Positions 59,603-64,000 of a stretch of 64,000 nt of DNA are shown here, one piece after another (positions within the stretch are counted from its first letter, which is position 1; the number at the start of each line of letters is the position of its first letter). The translations under genes were made by a program, and so were the position numbers. The notes beneath the pieces are model-generated. The model did not search any database and had not been told where the DNA came from. It worked only from the letters and a program-made list of their open reading frames with translations. Source of the stretch: Faecalimonas sp. (GTDB taxonomy: Bacteria; Bacillota; Clostridia; Lachnospirales; Lachnospiraceae); the NCBI GenBank assembly GCA_020024645.1, contig JAHHTN010000002.1, positions 1,008-65,007 of the forward strand, read 5' to 3'.

Positions 59603-60241
59603 ATGTTTAAATATATGGAAGAATTATCCGTGACGGAGGCGGAAAATTTAAGGAAAACAATATCAAATCTATTCAGACAGACTTGTATTTTGCAGGTTAA
59701 ATATGATCCGGTAACTTTGGTTCCAAGAGATAATATTTATTATGAAATGTGTGTGAGACATAAAAGATTTATTGAAGACTATTTGATGGTACTTGGGTGT
59801 GAGTTGACACATGATCCACAGGAACATATTTTTAGATTGGGTGGAGAAGGTGTAGAGACAGAAAGATTTAGTTTGACAACAACAGTGATTATTTTACTTG
59901 TTAAAATGATTTATAGAGATAAGATTTTGGGAGAAGGTTTAGAAGCTACTGTAACTACGTTGGAAGAGATTCGAGAGTATGGGAAAAATACAAATCTTTT
60001 AAACAGAAAATTAAAGGTGTCAGAATGGCAGGATGCACTTTATTTGTTGAGCAAACATCAGATGATTGAACTTCCAGGAGCAGTGCGAGATGTGGAAGAT
60101 ACTACACCGATTTATCTTTATAGTACGATTAATCTATATTGCAGCGCATTAAATATAAATGCATTGTTGAAAGAATACGGAGAGGAGATTGCAAATCATG
60201 AAACAATCGAAGAAAATTTTTACGAAAATGTTACTGAATAA
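59603..60241 (+). CDS. jetB: Wadjet JetB (KITE, DUF4194-like)
   Basis: 212 aa; FSLTTTVIILLVKMIY motif and second winged helix; abuts the jetA stop. Confidence 0.75.
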   Translation: MFKYMEELSVTEAENLRKTISNLFRQTCILQVKYDPVTLVPRDNIYYEMCVRHKRFIEDYLMVLGCELTHDPQEHIFRLGGEGVETERFSLTTTVIILLVKMIYRDKILGEGLEATVTTLEEIREYGKNTNLLNRKLKVSEWQDALYLLSKHQMIELPGAVRDVEDTTPIYLYSTINLYCSALNINALLKEYGEEIANHETIEENFYENVTE

Positions 60242-63200
60242 TTGGGGCGGAATTAGTCATAAAGAATTAATATTTCATGAATATGTCAATCTATTTAGTG
60301 GGAAAAGCGGATCGGGAAAATCCACAGTTATGGATGCAATACAAGTTATTTTATATGGAAGTGTAGCAGCTTCCTTTTTAAATAAAGCTGCTGATGATGC
60401 AAAAAATAGAAGAAGTGTTTTAAGCTATCTTAGAGGAGAACAGAAAGATGGAACAGCAAATCGTGAGGGAATGGATTTTTGTTCTCAAATTGTGTTAGAA
60501 GTAGAGGATACAACAACGCATATTGTGAATTGTATTGGAGTTTCTTTTGAAGTAGGGAAAAAAGATTTGGAGTTGAAACGCTATAGCTTTTTTAGTCATT
60601 CTGGAAGGGTATCTGAAGATGGATATATTGGAGAAAATGGAAGCCCATATACTCTTGCACGTTTGAAGAAATTTATTGAAAAGAGGAAAGAGTCTGAAGA
60701 CAATCGGGGAAGAGGAGAAATAAATCGATTGTATCCTTCAAAAGAAGCGTATTTGAATACGCTTTATGATGTGATTTTGGGATATATTGAACCAGGACGT
60801 TTTATGACAATGGAAAAAAGTGCAATTGCACTTCGTATGACAAACGGAACAGGTCAGTTTATTCGAGATTATATGTTTCCTAAAAGTAAAGAGGGAACAG
60901 TTGCTATCATTAGTGAACAGTTGGGAGCATATCGTGAAATCAAAGAGCGTGTGGAAGATTTGGAAAATCGTATAAAGATGCTTGAAATAATTAGAGAACA
61001 TAATCTCAAATACATTCAATTTAAAAGTGATGTTATTCGCACCAAAGCAATTTTGAAAATCATTTCGATTGAAGGGTTGAAAATACAACTGCAGTCTAAG
61101 AAAGAAACTTTGCAAACTGTTAGTCAGGCAGTAGAAAAAATAGGGGAATTCTGTGTGGCTCTAGAAGAAAAAGAAAAGCAATGTCTTGAGGAGAAGATAG
61201 AAGTTGAAACGCAAATTCGAGCAAGCGATTATGGTCAGAAAGAAAAAGAGTTGGAGGAAGTGTGTCATACAATAGAAATTTTGGCAGGCAACTCGTCACA
61301 ATGGAGAAAAATTTTACAAGAATTGAGAATGTGGGAAGAAAATGAGGATATTAGTGCATATATATCGAATCCAGTGTTACATACAATAGAAGAGGTAGCA
61401 GATGGAAATATAAAAGAAGAAATTCTTGAAAAATTGAAAAAGCATTTAGAGGATACGCTAGAGAATATTGAAGAAGAATTGCAAGACTTACAGGACAATA
61501 TTCGTAAAACAAGAAAAGTTTTAAATGAGAAAAAAGAAATTATTGAAGATTTAAAAAATGATAGAAAACCGTATAAGAAAGAATTGAAGAAGGCAAAAAG
61601 TAGATTGCAGAGTGCATTAAGTGATTTGTATGGAAGAACTATTCATGTGGAAATTTTTGCAGATTTGTTTGATATTACAGATGAAAAATGGAAAAATGCC
61701 ATAGAGGGCAGACTTGGACGTATAAAATATAGTTTAGTTACCGCACCTGAATATGCTATAGATGCGGCTAAAATCTTTAGAAAAATGAAAGAAAAGGAAT
61801 TTGCAGATTTCAATTTGATTAATACAGCTGCAATCAAGAGAGATGAACCAAAGGCCAAAGAAAATACACTATATGAGGCGGTAACGACAAGTGAGCCATA
61901 TGTTGATTTATGTTTAAAGCAATATTTGGGGAGAATTGTCAAGTGTGAAACGATAGAAGAATTGCATAAAGTTAGAGAAGGGGTTACGTCAGACTGTTAT
62001 TCGTATAGTAACTATATTTTCCGTCATTTGAAAGAGAAAGATTACGGAGATTATGCATGTATCGGAACAAAAGTATCGAAAGCAAAATTAATTGAACTAG
62101 AAGATGAAGTATATCATTTAGAGGAACATTTACTGGCAGATATGCATATGCATAGTAGTTTGAAACAAGCAAGAACTTTTGAACGATTAAGTAGTTACAG
62201 TACAAAGCAGTTAATTCAAATGTCGAACGCATCCGAAGACTTAAAAAAATATTATAAAAAAGAGGAAAAACTACGCCGAGAGTTACAAGAATTAAATGAA
62301 GGAACACTTCTTCCTCAATTGAAGGAAAAGAAAAAACAGTTGGAAGAAAAGATAACAGTTCTTCGTGATGATTTGCAGAAAAGAAATAAAGAACGTTTGG
62401 AACGAATTAAGATTCAAGCAAATGTGGAAACAGAATTGAAAAATTTAGAAGATAGATTCCAACAAGAATGTCAAGGATATGTTCCGAATGAAGAACTTGA
62501 ACAGAACGTTTTGCAAAAATTGGAAATGAAAACAGAATCGGTTTACAGAAGAGAAAAGTTACAAGAATTGGAAAAATTGGAGAAATGTATTGAAATAGAA
62601 GCGGAAGAGCGTTTCATTGCTAGAAATAAATTTAATCAAACGTATGCTACATACGGATTTACAGGAAGTGAACATGAAAATGATGTTTATGATAAAGTGC
62701 TTGAGCAGTGTCAAAAGGATTTTGAGCCGAAATATAAGGCGGAATTCGAACAACAATACAAACTTGTATATAATACTTTGCGAGAAAACGTGATTGCAAC
62801 TATCCATGGGGAAATTAAAGCAGCATTTCGTCATAAGCGTGAAATCAATCGGATGCTTGGGAAAATTAGATTCTCGGACAGTATTTATCAAATTGATATT
62901 CTTCCTGCAGAGAATGAAAACAGACAATTTTATGAGATGCTTATGGCACCAGAATTAGATAGCAAAGTGCTTGATAATGCTGGATATGATGGCCAGTTAA
63001 GCTTAGGGGAAGATGAATTCTATCAAAAATATGAAACACAAATTTTAAGACTTACTGAGAAGTTTATGCCACCGAGGGACGAAGATAGTGGAAAACGTGC
63101 ACTTTATAAGGAGCAGATGGAATTTTATGCGGATTATCGTAATTATCTTAACTTTAGTATGTATGAACAAGTTGAAGATGAAGATGGAAATATAAGAAAA

Positions 63201-63581
63201 AATGCAGTCGACGATATGGCAGGAAGAGACTCTGGTGGAGAAGGGCAAAATCCAAAATATGTAGCGCTTCTTGCAGGATTTGCAATGCTTTATATGAATC
63301 AGAGCAATAGAGATTCAAAAATTCGTCTTGTTCTTTTAGATGAAGCTTTTTCAAAAATGGATAAAGAGAGAAGCGAAGTATGCCTTCATTATGCAAGAGA
63401 GTTGGAATTACAGTTGATTGTTTGTGTGCCTGATGAACGTTTACAATCGTTAATTAGAAATGTGGATAGTGTATATGGATTTCGTAGACATCAAAATCAA
63501 ATTTCCATGATGCATATTGATAAAGGGAATTATTTGAAAATGATTGAAGGTGAGGAAAGTGAAGAAAGAACTGACACTTAG
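60198..63581 (+). CDS. jetC: Wadjet JetC, SMC-like ATPase
   Basis: Walker A GKSGSGKST, long coiled coils, YRNYLNF, signature SGGEGQ, Walker B LVLLDEAFSKMD; ATG 60198 after GAGGAG. Confidence 0.85.
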   Translation: MKQSKKIFTKMLLNNWGGISHKELIFHEYVNLFSGKSGSGKSTVMDAIQVILYGSVAASFLNKAADDAKNRRSVLSYLRGEQKDGTANREGMDFCSQIVLEVEDTTTHIVNCIGVSFEVGKKDLELKRYSFFSHSGRVSEDGYIGENGSPYTLARLKKFIEKRKESEDNRGRGEINRLYPSKEAYLNTLYDVILGYIEPGRFMTMEKSAIALRMTNGTGQFIRDYMFPKSKEGTVAIISEQLGAYREIKERVEDLENRIKMLEIIREHNLKYIQFKSDVIRTKAILKIISIEGLKIQLQSKKETLQTVSQAVEKIGEFCVALEEKEKQCLEEKIEVETQIRASDYGQKEKELEEVCHTIEILAGNSSQWRKILQELRMWEENEDISAYISNPVLHTIEEVADGNIKEEILEKLKKHLEDTLENIEEELQDLQDNIRKTRKVLNEKKEIIEDLKNDRKPYKKELKKAKSRLQSALSDLYGRTIHVEIFADLFDITDEKWKNAIEGRLGRIKYSLVTAPEYAIDAAKIFRKMKEKEFADFNLINTAAIKRDEPKAKENTLYEAVTTSEPYVDLCLKQYLGRIVKCETIEELHKVREGVTSDCYSYSNYIFRHLKEKDYGDYACIGTKVSKAKLIELEDEVYHLEEHLLADMHMHSSLKQARTFERLSSYSTKQLIQMSNASEDLKKYYKKEEKLRRELQELNEGTLLPQLKEKKKQLEEKITVLRDDLQKRNKERLERIKIQANVETELKNLEDRFQQECQGYVPNEELEQNVLQKLEMKTESVYRREKLQELEKLEKCIEIEAEERFIARNKFNQTYATYGFTGSEHENDVYDKVLEQCQKDFEPKYKAEFEQQYKLVYNTLRENVIATIHGEIKAAFRHKREINRMLGKIRFSDSIYQIDILPAENENRQFYEMLMAPELDSKVLDNAGYDGQLSLGEDEFYQKYETQILRLTEKFMPPRDEDSGKRALYKEQMEFYADYRNYLNFSMYEQVEDEDGNIRKNAVDDMAGRDSGGEGQNPKYVALLAGFAMLYMNQSNRDSKIRLVLLDEAFSKMDKERSEVCLHYARELELQLIVCVPDERLQSLIRNVDSVYGFRRHQNQISMMHIDKGNYLKMIEGEESEERTDT

Positions 63582-64000
63582 TGAGTGGATTATTGCCAAA
63601 ACAAATGTGGATTCATATCGTGCTGGACGGTTGAAAGGAGAAAAACATCCTTGTATAGATCAGTTGCTTTTAAATCAACTAGGTGGTATGGGAAATTTGC
63701 TAGAAGAAGCAAGAAAAATGGAAAAAGATGTTGCGTTGAGTAAATATATTCGATTTGATTGGCGTGATATGGGAAAAGATATTACAAAAATTCATTATTC
63801 TATAGAAATTCTTCCACTTCTTTGTAAAAAAGAGAATGTGGAAGAACCACTAGAAAAACAAAGAAAATATATAGAAAAAATGAAAATTCTACTTCAGAAT
63901 GTTTCCGAAGTAGAATGGTTATACACTTATTATCATTCTCTTTTAGAAAAACTTGAGCAAGGGAAAGTTGTAAAAGAAATGGAAGACGAAAATTTATTTG
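63559..64000 (+). CDS. jetD: Probable Wadjet JetD N-terminal part (3' end truncated by window edge)
   Basis: Not in the ORF track. GTG 63559 after GAGG opens 147 codons (MKKELTLSEWIIAKTNVDSYRAGRLKGEKHP...EMEDENLF) to the window end and overlaps the jetC stop. The call rests on position; the TOPRIM domain is not visible. Confidence 0.6.
   Translation, partial: MKKELTLSEWIIAKTNVDSYRAGRLKGEKHPCIDQLLLNQLGGMGNLLEEARKMEKDVALSKYIRFDWRDMGKDITKIHYSIEILPLLCKKENVEEPLEKQRKYIEKMKILLQNVSEVEWLYTYYHSLLEKLEQGKVVKEMEDENLF

Noticed and set aside
234-63396. Many short antisense or out-of-frame ORFs in the track (e.g. 553-744, 2063-2317, 26213-26530, 54714-55271)
   Set aside because: They lie wholly within well-supported genes, lack an RBS and recognisable motifs, and are typical shadow ORFs of AT-rich coding DNA.
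1-64000. CRISPR array, rRNA, tRNA, T-box or riboswitch
   Set aside because: By eye I found no spaced direct-repeat array or tRNA-like cloverleaf, and the leaders of panT, dapA, hom, lysC and the APC gene are too short. A covariance-model scan (Infernal/Rfam, tRNAscan-SE) would be needed to exclude them formally.
58205-64000. Treating the SMC operon as a wholly new system
   Set aside because: Gene order, sizes and motifs match the described Wadjet/MksBEFG family; only its subtype, regulation and neighbour remain open.

Overview
AT-rich, gene-dense chromosomal segment from a low-GC spore-forming Firmicute. Gene order and protein sequences look clostridial/Lachnospiraceae-like (inference). About 55 kb is housekeeping or metabolic: ylmC-nrdR; coaBC divergent from panT-coaX-truA-xth; a four-carbon acid sugar (threonate/erythronate-type) operon with a DeoR regulator; ftsH; uvrC-hprK-glcK; PBP1A; hpf; typA; ssb-dapA-dapB; secA-prfB (programmed +1 frameshift)-thrR-hom-lysC; and tig-clpP-clpX-lon-engB. 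Accessory content is one internally deleted IS3-family element (43377-44682) and a right-end block. That block has an uncharacterised XRE-HTH fusion protein between two MATE pumps, followed by a four-gene Wadjet-type (jetABCD) SMC operon that runs off the window. The ORF track misses jetD, which I read manually from 63559. I saw no rRNA, tRNA or CRISPR array. The system-level hit (Wadjet) belongs to a described family. The less-described signals are the XRE fusion protein beside it and several cis-regulatory structures read from the DNA: a 17-bp hairpin burying the ylmC start codon, a CRP-like palindrome at -41 of trxA, and a 10-bp-phased AAACA array at the acid-sugar promoter. All family assignments come from recognising motifs by eye; no database search was run.
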